From: a virus | Lineage: Duplodnaviria > Caudoviricetes | Direction: 5' to 3' (one strand) | Length of the DNA: 64,000 nt | IMG/VR virus record: IMGVR_UViG_3300025600_000019 | Location: 7,366-71,365 of that record | Made by a program: the position numbers and the translations under genes | Shown here: one piece after another, positions 47,369 through 57,105 of the stretch | Layout of the letters: each line of letters opens with the position of its first letter | How positions within the stretch are numbered: position 1 is the stretch's first letter | The notes under the pieces: model-generated | What the model saw: only the letters and a program-made list of their open reading frames with translations | Databases searched by the model: none | Told to the model about the DNA's origin: nothing

Positions 47369-48928
47369 ATGAGATTAACTTGGTGCATTCCATTTTTAAT
47401 TGTTTTTGTGGCGCACACTTCGTATGCCACTGTTTCTGTTTTGTCAAAGATTGGAGAAACACTTTCTGCCAAGACATTAGCTCAGTGTGCTACAGATGCT
47501 AGTATGGTTGGTAAAACTATTGTAGTACGTTCACCGCAAACTGTTTCAACAGTAATTGCCTGGCCATCTGATCGAGAGTTGCGAGTGGAAAAAGGAGGCA
47601 CAATTACATTTACAGGTAGTGGGTCTCTTTCAGGGTATACACAGACTTATGGTGCTGGTGTACCCATCACATGGACCTTCAATGCTTCTACAGGCACAGA
47701 CTGTGTGGTATCGTTTGGTGATGGTGTTATATCATCCACCTGTGGGTGGACAACAACACAGGGTGCAACAGGTCAGAAATTGACAATGTTGGAGGGTTTA
47801 GGAAGTGGAACTAATTTTAGGAAGATTTCTGTTCCTGATACATTAACCGCTGATCTTGAATTGCGGTTGCCAAATACATTACCCGCTGGCAATCAGGCTT
47901 TGATATTTACAACTCCAACAGGAGGTGTGAGTACCGGGACGTGGCAAACAACATCTACTAATCCAATGACGAATGTTGGTGATATTATTTATGGTGGCAC
48001 AGCAGGTGTACCAACCCGTTTGGCTGACACAACAGCAGGAAGGCCATTGCTATCTGGTGGAGTAGATACAGCCCCTCTATGGGGTAGTTATGGAATTGGA
48101 ACGCTTGCTTCTTTAACTGCTGGCACAATGACTGATACCAAGTATTGTACTTATTCAGCTAGTGGTACTCAGATCATATGTGATTCAGAAGGAGGAGCTT
48201 CCGCGACGTGGCCCGCAACTGCTGGTATTCCAAATTATTCTGGTGCATCATCTTGGGAGACTTCATATACCACAAGTGGATCTGGTACTGAATTGGCCTT
48301 AACAGATTCTCCAATATTTACGGGTTCGATTACAACTCCTTCTATCACTACTAATGCGGTTGATGGGGATCACTATTTAGAAGTAACCAATACAAGTGCC
48401 CCAACGTATGCATCTCCAGTTAAAGGCCAGATGGCATATAATCAAGCAACTGATAAATTGGTGATTCACAATGGTTCTGATTGGACAACGTGGAACTTGG
48501 TTAAAAATACTGATGCTGTTTCTTTGTTAGGTGATGCCACAGGGACTAGTTTGGCTGTCACGGGTGATATTGATGGTTTAGCAAATGTTGTGAATACCTA
48601 TGCAACAACAAATGCAGTTGAGTCACCAGAGAAATTGTTTATTTACACATTTAATGTATACGCGACCAACAGTACTGCTGTTACATATACATTGCCTGTT
48701 TCTGCATTGGGAAAACAGCGTTGTTATCGTAATTATGTGGGCCGAACAGGATCAATTAGAATTAATACCTCAGCGTCAGGGCAATATATTGATGTCAATG
48801 GAGTAAATACAGCTTCTGGGGGTTATGTTACTTCTGGGGGTGCTTTGGGTGATGGTATTTGTTTCGTAGGTATGGATGCGTGGCAATGGGCTTCATATCC
48901 TACTTCTGGAACGTGGGCAATACATTAA
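47369..48928 (+). CDS. Signal-peptide protein, Thr/Gly/Ser-rich and fibre-like
   Basis: MRLTWCIPFLIVFVAHTSYA leader. GDIIYGGTAGVPTRLA and KGQMAYN..VIHNGSDW fibre motifs. Several Cys pairs. Confidence 0.6.
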   Translation: MRLTWCIPFLIVFVAHTSYATVSVLSKIGETLSAKTLAQCATDASMVGKTIVVRSPQTVSTVIAWPSDRELRVEKGGTITFTGSGSLSGYTQTYGAGVPITWTFNASTGTDCVVSFGDGVISSTCGWTTTQGATGQKLTMLEGLGSGTNFRKISVPDTLTADLELRLPNTLPAGNQALIFTTPTGGVSTGTWQTTSTNPMTNVGDIIYGGTAGVPTRLADTTAGRPLLSGGVDTAPLWGSYGIGTLASLTAGTMTDTKYCTYSASGTQIICDSEGGASATWPATAGIPNYSGASSWETSYTTSGSGTELALTDSPIFTGSITTPSITTNAVDGDHYLEVTNTSAPTYASPVKGQMAYNQATDKLVIHNGSDWTTWNLVKNTDAVSLLGDATGTSLAVTGDIDGLANVVNTYATTNAVESPEKLFIYTFNVYATNSTAVTYTLPVSALGKQRCYRNYVGRTGSIRINTSASGQYIDVNGVNTASGGYVTSGGALGDGICFVGMDAWQWASYPTSGTWAIH

Positions 48929-48945
48929 TAAATAGTGAGGTGATT

Positions 48946-49623
48946 ATGAAAAGATTTTTAATTTCTGTATTCTTGGTATTGTTGGTTGCTTCTACGGCTT
49001 GTGCCTGGGGACCCATGGTAATGTTTTCACATAGGACAATGACATACTTGATCAATGAAGGGTTTGAATCTGGGACAGAGCCCACTGGGTGGACACATGG
49101 TGCACCCAATAACTACGGGTATAGTGCTGCTCCTTTAGATGGAACATACTCTCTTCAAACAGGTTCTTATGGAGGCGCAGCAACCCCCGCTGTAGTAGGT
49201 GACACTCTTTATGTTACAGCACATTTTAAGATTGGTACTTTTTCTGATGGAACTGTGCAAACCTTGGCAATATATGGTAGTAGTAATACTATTGTTGCTC
49301 AATTGGTGGTAGGTCCTACAGGTAAGGTTGGCGCTGTTGCTACTGGAGGCACACTAGTTTATTCTGCTGATGGGGTAGTTGCACTAAATACCCCAGTTTA
49401 TTTAAAAATGATGTATACAAAAGGAACTGGTGCAAATGCAACAGCAACTGTTTGGACTTCATCGAATGGAACAACTTGGACACAGAGAGCAACTAGCACT
49501 AATGGAACGAGCACAGGCCAGTCCAAGTGGATTGCATTAGGTACAGGAGCAGTAAACATACTCTATTGGGACACAGTTAAAGCATCGTATTCAAACATTA
49601 CAGATGCAAGGAGTGGTTTCTAA
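48946..49623 (+). CDS. Secreted beta-sandwich (lectin/ConA-like) protein
   Basis: MKRFLISVFLVLLVASTACA leader, EGFESG start, beta-rich, LYWDTV ending. Confidence 0.55.
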   Translation: MKRFLISVFLVLLVASTACAWGPMVMFSHRTMTYLINEGFESGTEPTGWTHGAPNNYGYSAAPLDGTYSLQTGSYGGAATPAVVGDTLYVTAHFKIGTFSDGTVQTLAIYGSSNTIVAQLVVGPTGKVGAVATGGTLVYSADGVVALNTPVYLKMMYTKGTGANATATVWTSSNGTTWTQRATSTNGTSTGQSKWIALGTGAVNILYWDTVKASYSNITDARSGF

Positions 49624-51836
49624 TGAAATTTTTATTGAAAGTGATCTTATTTTTCGTTCTGATTCCCTCTTTAGCATTTGCATGGACTAAAACAGCAACA
49701 TTTGAAAGTGGTACAATAGGTAACATAGCAAATAGTACAAGTGGTTTTGATTATGCTGGAACGGCTACAAAATACTCTTCTGATAAAAGCGCAGGTGGTT
49801 CAAAGTCTGCGAAGATGTCGTGGACAACTGGTAATGAAGGGTGGAATCTAACTCATGGTGAAATTACTTACCCTCAAAACGTATCAAATGGACAGGAAAT
49901 CTGGGCGAGAGGGTACTACTATCTTGTTTCCCCTTGGAGTTGGGCAAATGCATCTGGAGCTTCTGAGTTTATCAAAATATTGCGGATTGGTACCACGCAT
50001 GGTTTTCATTCCTTTATTGCCAATGGTTCTGGTCACATTATTGCATCTAATGAACCAGCGGGATTTGGCCCTATTACAAGTGCTACTCTTGATATAAACG
50101 CATGGAACTGCCTTGAAATATATGTCAAGTTATCCACAACCGATCCTATTTATAGGATGTGGAAAAACGGTGTCTTGATATATGAAGACAGATCCCATGT
50201 TACTTTACTTAACTCTGGTGATGTTGCAATACGTTCTATTATCATGTCTACTTGGAATGGTGGTGTCAGCCAGAATCAAACGGAGTACGTAGATGATTTT
50301 GTAATTACCACGGATACTCCTGCTGGAAGGGATGCCACAGGGCATCCTATGATTGGAACTTTAGGAAGTACTTCGGTAGATATCACTGCTCCAGTTGTTA
50401 CTGCATTTACAGTACCTGCTACAGCAAGCAATCTAACCGTACCAATCAACACATTTGCTGCAACAGACAATGTTGGAGTAACTAATTATTGTGTTACATC
50501 TACTAACAGTTCCTCTGGTTGTACGTGGTTAAGTTCACCAAATACTTTTTTTACGTTTGGAAGTTATGGCATTTATACAGTCTATGCTTGGGCTAAAGAT
50601 GCTGCTGGAAATATAAGTACATCAGTTTCTGATTCAGTGGATATTACGGAACCAGTCACAACTCCGGGGACATTGTTTACTGAGAGTTTTGAGGACACTT
50701 CGTATGCAGCACGTGGTTGGTATGACACAACTCCACAAGGAACTATTGTAACGGGTGGTCGAAGTGGGAACGCCATGCAATGGTATTGGCCAGCTGGAGC
50801 AACACTTCCAACAAATGGTGGTGCAATGAGAAAATTGTTTACACCTACAGAGACATTATACATTTCTTATTATACTAAGTTCCAAACAGGTTGGCGTGGT
50901 TCTGGGGTTTCTTATCATCCACATATGATCAATATTTTATCAGATTTAGATGGTGATTGGGCAGGGCCATCAAATACGTATTTGAATGTTTATTATGAAA
51001 TGCTTTCGGATACCATAAGTCCTTATGCAGTTCACCCAACATCTTTTATTCAGGACAACATGGTAGTTAATACATCTTATGGTACTCCTCCGAAAGATCT
51101 AACTGCTATAACTGAAAATAGGAGTGTCGGTAGATGCAATTCACCCTTAGCTCCAGGTGCTTCTGTTGGTGATTGTTATAATGCACCACCTTGGTATAGT
51201 ACTCAGGGATGGTATACTCCAGATACTTCTGTTTCATTAAATGCGTGGCATAAAGTTGAGTTGTACTACCAAATGAATACAGTTGTTAGTGGGATAGGAC
51301 AAGCTGATGGTATTATGCGTGTGTGGATTGATGGGGTACAGGCGCAAAATCGAACTGATTTGACTTATAGAACGGGACAGAATCCAACGAAGAAATTTCA
51401 CCAATTTGTTTTCGGACCTTATATTGGTGTTGGTTCACCAATTGCACAATCAATGTGGATTGATGAATTAACGGTTGCAACAGCAGTGCCGGGAAGTGCA
51501 GATATTACCGCTCCTGTTGTTACTGCATTTACAGTACCTACTACTTCTACAAGTTTGACCGTAGCAGTTAGTGGTTTTACTGCCACTGATGCTGTTGGAG
51601 TGACTAATTATTGTGTGACCCCAACTAATTCAAGTGCTAATTGTGATTGGTTAAGTTCTCCAAATACTTTTTTTACGTTTGCCAACAATGGAACAGGCAC
51701 GTATATGGCATACGCATGGGCTAAGGATGCTGCAGGTAATATATCTTCTAGTGTGTCGGATTCCGTAGACATTACATTAGATGTTATTATTCCTCCAAGA
51801 TTAAGTGTGATTTCGGGATCGTTTACATTCAAGTAA
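49623..51836 (+). CDS. Secreted protein with two ConA/polysaccharide-lyase-like domains, each followed by an Ig-like module
   Basis: MKFLLKVILFFVLIPSLAFA leader. TFESG/ESFED domain starts, AWNCLEIYVK/AWHKVELYY, YVDDFVI/WIDELTV. Duplicated DITAPVV..AWAKDAAGNIS module. Confidence 0.65.
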   Translation: MKFLLKVILFFVLIPSLAFAWTKTATFESGTIGNIANSTSGFDYAGTATKYSSDKSAGGSKSAKMSWTTGNEGWNLTHGEITYPQNVSNGQEIWARGYYYLVSPWSWANASGASEFIKILRIGTTHGFHSFIANGSGHIIASNEPAGFGPITSATLDINAWNCLEIYVKLSTTDPIYRMWKNGVLIYEDRSHVTLLNSGDVAIRSIIMSTWNGGVSQNQTEYVDDFVITTDTPAGRDATGHPMIGTLGSTSVDITAPVVTAFTVPATASNLTVPINTFAATDNVGVTNYCVTSTNSSSGCTWLSSPNTFFTFGSYGIYTVYAWAKDAAGNISTSVSDSVDITEPVTTPGTLFTESFEDTSYAARGWYDTTPQGTIVTGGRSGNAMQWYWPAGATLPTNGGAMRKLFTPTETLYISYYTKFQTGWRGSGVSYHPHMINILSDLDGDWAGPSNTYLNVYYEMLSDTISPYAVHPTSFIQDNMVVNTSYGTPPKDLTAITENRSVGRCNSPLAPGASVGDCYNAPPWYSTQGWYTPDTSVSLNAWHKVELYYQMNTVVSGIGQADGIMRVWIDGVQAQNRTDLTYRTGQNPTKKFHQFVFGPYIGVGSPIAQSMWIDELTVATAVPGSADITAPVVTAFTVPTTSTSLTVAVSGFTATDAVGVTNYCVTPTNSSANCDWLSSPNTFFTFANNGTGTYMAYAWAKDAAGNISSSVSDSVDITLDVIIPPRLSVISGSFTFK
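50379..50648 (+). repeat. Ig-like module, copy 1
   Basis: 90 codons, closely similar at DNA and protein level to 51501-51776. Confidence 0.9.
51501..51776 (+). repeat. Ig-like module, copy 2
   Basis: 92 codons, closely similar to 50379-50648. Confidence 0.9.
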
Positions 51837-51890
51837 CGATTTGTTAAACTGTAACAAATGAATCAAGTTCGGTTTGGAGGAAAGTTCAAA

Positions 51891-52469
51891 ATGATCCCAG
51901 TTGTGAGTTTTTATACTGAGAATACACCGTATGAAACAGAAGCGTTTGAAATGAAGGAATCTGCCCATGCCGTTGGATTGTTGGATGTTAATCTATTCAA
52001 AGTGCAATCCAGCGGTTCGTGGGCACGTAATTGTCAGCAAAAAGTAGAAATATTGATTGAGGCTTGTGAGGTAATAAAAGAACCTTTTTTATATGTTGAT
52101 GCGGATGCAAGATTTGTTTGCCCTCCATATCTTATGAGAGGAACTTTGTTGTCCTGCTATGATCTTGCAGTACATTATTTTAAACAGACTGAGTTGTTGA
52201 GTGGTACAATTTGGGTGAATCCAACAGTACATACGAGAACACTCTTAGACATGTGGCAGGAAGCGTGTTACAAAGCACCTGGTATATGGGACCAGAAAGC
52301 ACTCTCTGACGTACTTTCAAAGTACCCTGCTGTTGATGTATTTAAACTCCCTCCTGAGTATACCTGGATATTTGATTTGTCTCCAAAATTCTATGGTTTC
52401 AATTTGGAACCAGTGATTGTTCATTATCAAGCAAGTCGAAAATATAAAAATGTAATTGGGAGGGCTTAA
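51891..52469 (+). CDS. GT-A fold nucleotide-diphospho-sugar transferase
   Basis: FLYVDADA (DxD), LLSGTIW, WDQKAL, LPPEY and IVHYQASR. Confidence 0.75.
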   Translation: MIPVVSFYTENTPYETEAFEMKESAHAVGLLDVNLFKVQSSGSWARNCQQKVEILIEACEVIKEPFLYVDADARFVCPPYLMRGTLLSCYDLAVHYFKQTELLSGTIWVNPTVHTRTLLDMWQEACYKAPGIWDQKALSDVLSKYPAVDVFKLPPEYTWIFDLSPKFYGFNLEPVIVHYQASRKYKNVIGRA

Positions 52470-53926
52470 TGTCTGAGAATGAAGAAGGAAAACCAGAATC
52501 AATGGTAGGAGCGTTGCGCGTATTAACTGAACTTACACAACGTAATATTTATGCCCGAATGCTTGGTAAAAGTTTTGATGATAAACGGGATATATATGCA
52601 GCATTGGGGTACAAGAAAGATTTGGAGTTCGCAGATTATTGGAATGTTTTTAAACGTGGTCGTTTAGGGAAACGTATCATTAACGCTCCTGTTGAATCTA
52701 CTTGGCGTGGTGATGTTGAAATTTATGAGGATGAAGAGGAGAAAGACACTCCATTTGAAATTGCTTGGGATGCGTTGGTAAAGAAGCATCACATATTTTC
52801 AAAATTTAAACGATTGGATACTTTAGTTGGCATTGCTGATTTTGCTTTGCTGCTTTTAGGGTTTAGTGATAACAAGAAATTGGGGGAGCCTCTTGTACCA
52901 ATGAATGGTATGCAGTTGATCTATGTACAACCATATTCTTTTGGTAGTATTCAAGTGGTGCAATGGGAAGATGATGAAACGAATCCTCGTTATGGACTTC
53001 CCGTAATGTATACTATTGCAATGACTACGGTTGGATCTATTTCTGGTTCCACAACGCCGTCTGGCTCATTAGGAAAGGTTGTTCGGGTACATCACTCAAG
53101 AGTAATCCATGTTGCTGATGGTTTACTTGATAATGATGTTATTGGTACTCCAAGGTTAGAAAGTGTATTCAATGGTTTGCAGGACCTTGAAAAAGTGGCT
53201 GGTGGTTCTGCCGAAATGTTCTGGCAAGGTGGGTTAGGGGGTAAAGCTTTCTCCAGTAAAGAGGGGGCTACAATTGACGCACAAAGCAAAGAGGATATGA
53301 CAGAACAAATTGATGATTATGTGCATGGTTTGCGTAGATATCTTCGATTGCAGAATATGGATGTAAATGATCTATCTCCACAAGTTACAGATCCTAGTCA
53401 AGCAATTTCAGCACAATTGGATTTAATTTCAGGTGATACAGGAATCCCAAAAAGGATCTTGATTGGTTCCGAACGTGGTGAACTTGCATCGACTCAGGAT
53501 GAAAGCAATTGGTTGAATCGAATTAAAGAACGTCGAACACAATATGCGGAGCCGTGTATTCTTCGTCCAGTAATTGATTTGTTGCTTTTGGTGGGAGTTC
53601 TCCCTCCATTACAGAACGATGACTACCATATTGAATGGCCTGATTTGTGGTCCTCTTCTGAACAAGAACAGGCATTGGTATCTAAAACTATGACAGAAGC
53701 ATTGGCAGCATACATGAATGCCCCTGGTGCAGATCAAGTTGTCCCTGTTGATTTCTTCCTTGAGGAAGTGCTGAAATTTTCACCAGAGCAAATTGATCGA
53801 ATTAAAGAAATTCTAGGAGTTGGTGCTGAGGAGAGTATTGAAATTGAACCTCCTGAACCACCACCAGTTGTAGTTGCACCAACACAAATAACTGCCCCAG
53901 TCAAAAAAGAGGAGATTAAAAAATGA
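52469..53926 (+). CDS. Portal protein (DUF1073 type)
   Basis: RIINAPVESTWR, HHSRVIH, GTPRLESVFN and TGIPKRILIGSERGELASTQD. Confidence 0.88.
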   Translation: MSENEEGKPESMVGALRVLTELTQRNIYARMLGKSFDDKRDIYAALGYKKDLEFADYWNVFKRGRLGKRIINAPVESTWRGDVEIYEDEEEKDTPFEIAWDALVKKHHIFSKFKRLDTLVGIADFALLLLGFSDNKKLGEPLVPMNGMQLIYVQPYSFGSIQVVQWEDDETNPRYGLPVMYTIAMTTVGSISGSTTPSGSLGKVVRVHHSRVIHVADGLLDNDVIGTPRLESVFNGLQDLEKVAGGSAEMFWQGGLGGKAFSSKEGATIDAQSKEDMTEQIDDYVHGLRRYLRLQNMDVNDLSPQVTDPSQAISAQLDLISGDTGIPKRILIGSERGELASTQDESNWLNRIKERRTQYAEPCILRPVIDLLLLVGVLPPLQNDDYHIEWPDLWSSSEQEQALVSKTMTEALAAYMNAPGADQVVPVDFFLEEVLKFSPEQIDRIKEILGVGAEESIEIEPPEPPPVVVAPTQITAPVKKEEIKK

Positions 53927-54129
53927 AACTCGACCCAACTAAATTTGTAGTTAATGAGGAAAAGTCTAATCATGCAGTTGCAGCTATGTCCACAACTGAA
54001 TGCACTATATCAGAGGCATGTTTTGGTGTTGCTACAGGATTTGGCGGTGGGATGCTTCCGATGTGTCCATATTTTGAAGTGGATGGAGAAACTGCGGAAT
54101 GTTCGTATGCTATAATGGAGTCATAAATA

Positions 54130-55872
54130 ATGCCTGCTGTTCGTACAATCCAAGCAAGTTTAAAATCTGATCCTACTCGGACCTTGTCTATTCGTCGTCA
54201 ATTTGAGGCAGACATGGTTCGGAGATTTACAAAGATTAAACGTGCTATAATTGATGCTGTTGTTACCAAAGATGTATTTGGATTGGTGAAACGTGTTCCT
54301 TTTGTTAATGCAGAATTAACACCAAGTCAGTTTCAATTCTCAACTGATGCTACAAAGATTGATGGATTTATGTCTTGGTTGAAAGAAATGGAAGAAAAGA
54401 ATATTTTAACTACAGAAATGCGTCCAGGACTTTATCAAGGGGATAAACCATGGACAAATATGTACATTCAATCTGCTTACCAAAGAGGTATGTCCAGAGC
54501 ACGTTCTGAGTTGCGTAAAGCTGGGTATGACGTTCCAAGTGCAACTGGTGTGGATTTTACTGGTAAAAGTTCTGTTGCTGTTGCTTTCAATCAGCCATTT
54601 AGTGCTGATCGTGTTGCAGTCATATACACAAGAGCCTACAACGAATTAAAGGGTGTTACAGCAGCAATGGACCAGCAAATATCAAGAGTTCTAGCACAAG
54701 GCCTAACTGAGGGACGTAATCCCATGGAAATAGCCCGTATGCTCGTGGATCGGGTGGATAAGATCGGGATTACTCGGGCAAGAACTTTAGCACGTACGGA
54801 AGTTATTAATGCGCACCATCAAGCGACAATTAATGAGTACGAACAATGGGGAGTGCTAGGTGTTGCGGTGGAAGCTGAATGGCTAACCGCAGGATTTCAT
54901 GTATGCCCTGAATGTGCAAGTAATGAAGGAAAGATTTTTACATTAGCACAAATTAGAGGGATGATCCCACTCCATCCAAATTGCAGATGTTGCGCCCTCC
55001 CTGTCAGTAAGAAGAAACAAGCAGAAATGCAGAAAGCAAAATCAGGGAGACCATCAACAGAAGCACCACGTAGAACTGTCACATCAAAAGAATTGGATGA
55101 AATATTTGAGAATGGTGGTTTTGACGAAGTAAAAGCTAGTAAGAAAAAAGAAGTGCTTTGTAAAAGGATATATGAAGAGATGAAAGACGATCCTGATTTT
55201 AATGCATATATGAATCGTTATATGGAAGATTCTAGAGGTGCAACATATTGGAAAGAACTTCCTATGGAAGATAAAATTGTTGATTTGAATCGTACCTCTC
55301 TAGATCGAATTTCTGAGTGGATTCAAAATTGGGCAATGACTTCTGGTGATAGTAACCCAAGGGTTATTGCTATGCAAAAAGCAGCAATGGAAGAATTTGG
55401 ATTAACTGATGCCACAACAATGCATTTTCCTCCTAAGATTCTTAAATTTGTATCTGGAGAATCAATAGATCTTGTCGCGGAGCAATCAGTAAATATACCA
55501 GTATACCGGAAGTTTTTGCGAGTTCAGTATAATTTAACCCAAGAAGTATTGGCGAATAATAGCATTGCTGAGATTGAATTGCTGCGTGGTATGTCATATC
55601 CTGAGCCAACATTAAAAATATCAGGGCAACACACAATCAAACTCCAGCCAATGAGTTCTTTTTCATCTGATAAGGGTTCCGCGAGGTATTTTGCAAATGA
55701 AATGTCACAATTTCAAGAGGTTGAACGTGTTTTGATAACAACAAGAGTCCCTGCCAAAAATATTCTAAGTACCACACGAACTGGATTTGGATGTACTTGT
55801 GAATCGGAATTCGTTGTATTGGGTGGAGAAATGACAGGAAATATTGAAGTAAGTGCAATTAGATTTGAGTAA
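54130..55872 (+). CDS. MuF/SPP1 gp7-like head morphogenesis protein with C-terminal ADP-ribosyltransferase-like domain
   Basis: RARTLARTEV, CPEC and PLHPNCRC (MuF). C-terminal LLRG / SSFS / ESEFVV (R-S-E triad). Confidence 0.82.
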   Translation: MPAVRTIQASLKSDPTRTLSIRRQFEADMVRRFTKIKRAIIDAVVTKDVFGLVKRVPFVNAELTPSQFQFSTDATKIDGFMSWLKEMEEKNILTTEMRPGLYQGDKPWTNMYIQSAYQRGMSRARSELRKAGYDVPSATGVDFTGKSSVAVAFNQPFSADRVAVIYTRAYNELKGVTAAMDQQISRVLAQGLTEGRNPMEIARMLVDRVDKIGITRARTLARTEVINAHHQATINEYEQWGVLGVAVEAEWLTAGFHVCPECASNEGKIFTLAQIRGMIPLHPNCRCCALPVSKKKQAEMQKAKSGRPSTEAPRRTVTSKELDEIFENGGFDEVKASKKKEVLCKRIYEEMKDDPDFNAYMNRYMEDSRGATYWKELPMEDKIVDLNRTSLDRISEWIQNWAMTSGDSNPRVIAMQKAAMEEFGLTDATTMHFPPKILKFVSGESIDLVAEQSVNIPVYRKFLRVQYNLTQEVLANNSIAEIELLRGMSYPEPTLKISGQHTIKLQPMSSFSSDKGSARYFANEMSQFQEVERVLITTRVPAKNILSTTRTGFGCTCESEFVVLGGEMTGNIEVSAIRFE

Positions 55873-55883
55873 AGGAGATTTTA

Positions 55884-56114
55884 ATGTTAAATATTGATGC
55901 ACGTTTGGATAATGCTGATTGGTGTAAACATGCATGGGACTTGCCCGCCTATAAATCTGAGTCATTTATGTCCCTTTTGGAGTCATGTGGAGTATCACTT
56001 GAGGATTTCAAAAAGTTGCCTGTATATCGACATGCAGTTGCAAAGGAATTGATTGTACGTGATGAATGGAAGGGCGGGGCAGGCATCGTTCTTGATTTTG
56101 GAGGGAATAAGTAA
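55884..56114 (+). CDS. 76-aa protein, candidate immunity/partner of the MuF-ART
   Basis: AAAGGAG RBS; immediately follows the toxin domain. Confidence 0.4.
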   Translation: MLNIDARLDNADWCKHAWDLPAYKSESFMSLLESCGVSLEDFKKLPVYRHAVAKELIVRDEWKGGAGIVLDFGGNK

Positions 56115-57103
56115 TGCAAGATGACAAAGCGTCATTTACAGCGGCGGATGCATTTCCTGTGAAGTTGCTCCAAAATTCCAAATTGGTAAAGAGTATTGTG
56201 GAGGATCGAATTATTCCCCCCCTTCATGTGCAATTCATACCAACTAATAAATGTAATCTTAAATGTTCTTTCTGCTCCTGCTCAGAAGAGGATAGAACTA
56301 AAGAGATGACATTAACTCAGATGCGGGAAACAATTGCTATTTTAGATCGTTCTGGTATGGAAAGTGTGACCATAACAGGTGGTGGTGACCCTTTATGTTA
56401 CCCATATTTTGATGATATGATTGATGCTTTTAAATGTCGTGCAATTTCGATGGGTCTTGTAACGAATGGCATTTTACTTCCAACTATTTCTCCTAAAACA
56501 TTAAACAGAATTAAATGGTGCCGAATTTCACATGGTGATGACCGACTTTTCCCTTTTGATTATCGTTGGAAACTCACTTCAATTATGGAGAAAGCAGATA
56601 AAGTTGATTGGGCTTTCTCGTATGTTGTGTCTCCCAAACCAAACTTCCCACAAATATTGGAATTAATTTATCTTGCGGATGCAATAGGATGTACTCATGT
56701 TCGCCTTGTTGCTGATTTGCTGTGTCCACAAGACGTTCCAATGGCAAATTTAAAAGAACGTCTTTTGCCTCATTTGAAAGATATTACAATGCCTGTGATA
56801 TTTCAGGAGCGGAATGTACCAGAACATGGTGGGAATTGTCGTATCTGCTACTTGAAACCAGTTGTTACTCCTGACTTGAAGGTATATGCCTGTTGTGGTG
56901 CTCAGTATGCATTGGATCCACCTTCAAAATCATTCCCAAAAGAGCTTTGTTTAGGAACTGTTGATGAATTTCCTCAGATCATCAAAGAGCATAGTTCGGA
57001 ACCTTTTAAAGGTGGAGAATTGTGTTCTTGCTGCTACTATGGAGCATACAATCGAGCCTTAGAAATGTTGTTGTCTAAAGTGCAACATAAGGAATTTGTG
57101 TAA
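56114..57103 (+). CDS. Radical SAM protein with C-terminal Cys cluster (SPASM/twitch-like)
   Basis: TNKCNLKCSFC, ITGGGDP, VTNG, CRIC..YACC and CSCCYY. Confidence 0.88.
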   Translation: MQDDKASFTAADAFPVKLLQNSKLVKSIVEDRIIPPLHVQFIPTNKCNLKCSFCSCSEEDRTKEMTLTQMRETIAILDRSGMESVTITGGGDPLCYPYFDDMIDAFKCRAISMGLVTNGILLPTISPKTLNRIKWCRISHGDDRLFPFDYRWKLTSIMEKADKVDWAFSYVVSPKPNFPQILELIYLADAIGCTHVRLVADLLCPQDVPMANLKERLLPHLKDITMPVIFQERNVPEHGGNCRICYLKPVVTPDLKVYACCGAQYALDPPSKSFPKELCLGTVDEFPQIIKEHSSEPFKGGELCSCCYYGAYNRALEMLLSKVQHKEFV

Positions 57104-57105
57104 TT

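Noticed and set aside
50379-51776. Near-identical repeats as the template/variable pair of a diversity-generating retroelement
   Set aside because: Both copies are in-frame coding modules, the differences are not adenine-specific, and no reverse transcriptase is present in the window.
52469-53926. Anti-CBASS (Acb1) label sometimes attached to DUF1073 proteins
   Set aside because: Size, position between terL and MuF, and motifs fit a portal; I saw no paired HxT phosphoesterase motifs.
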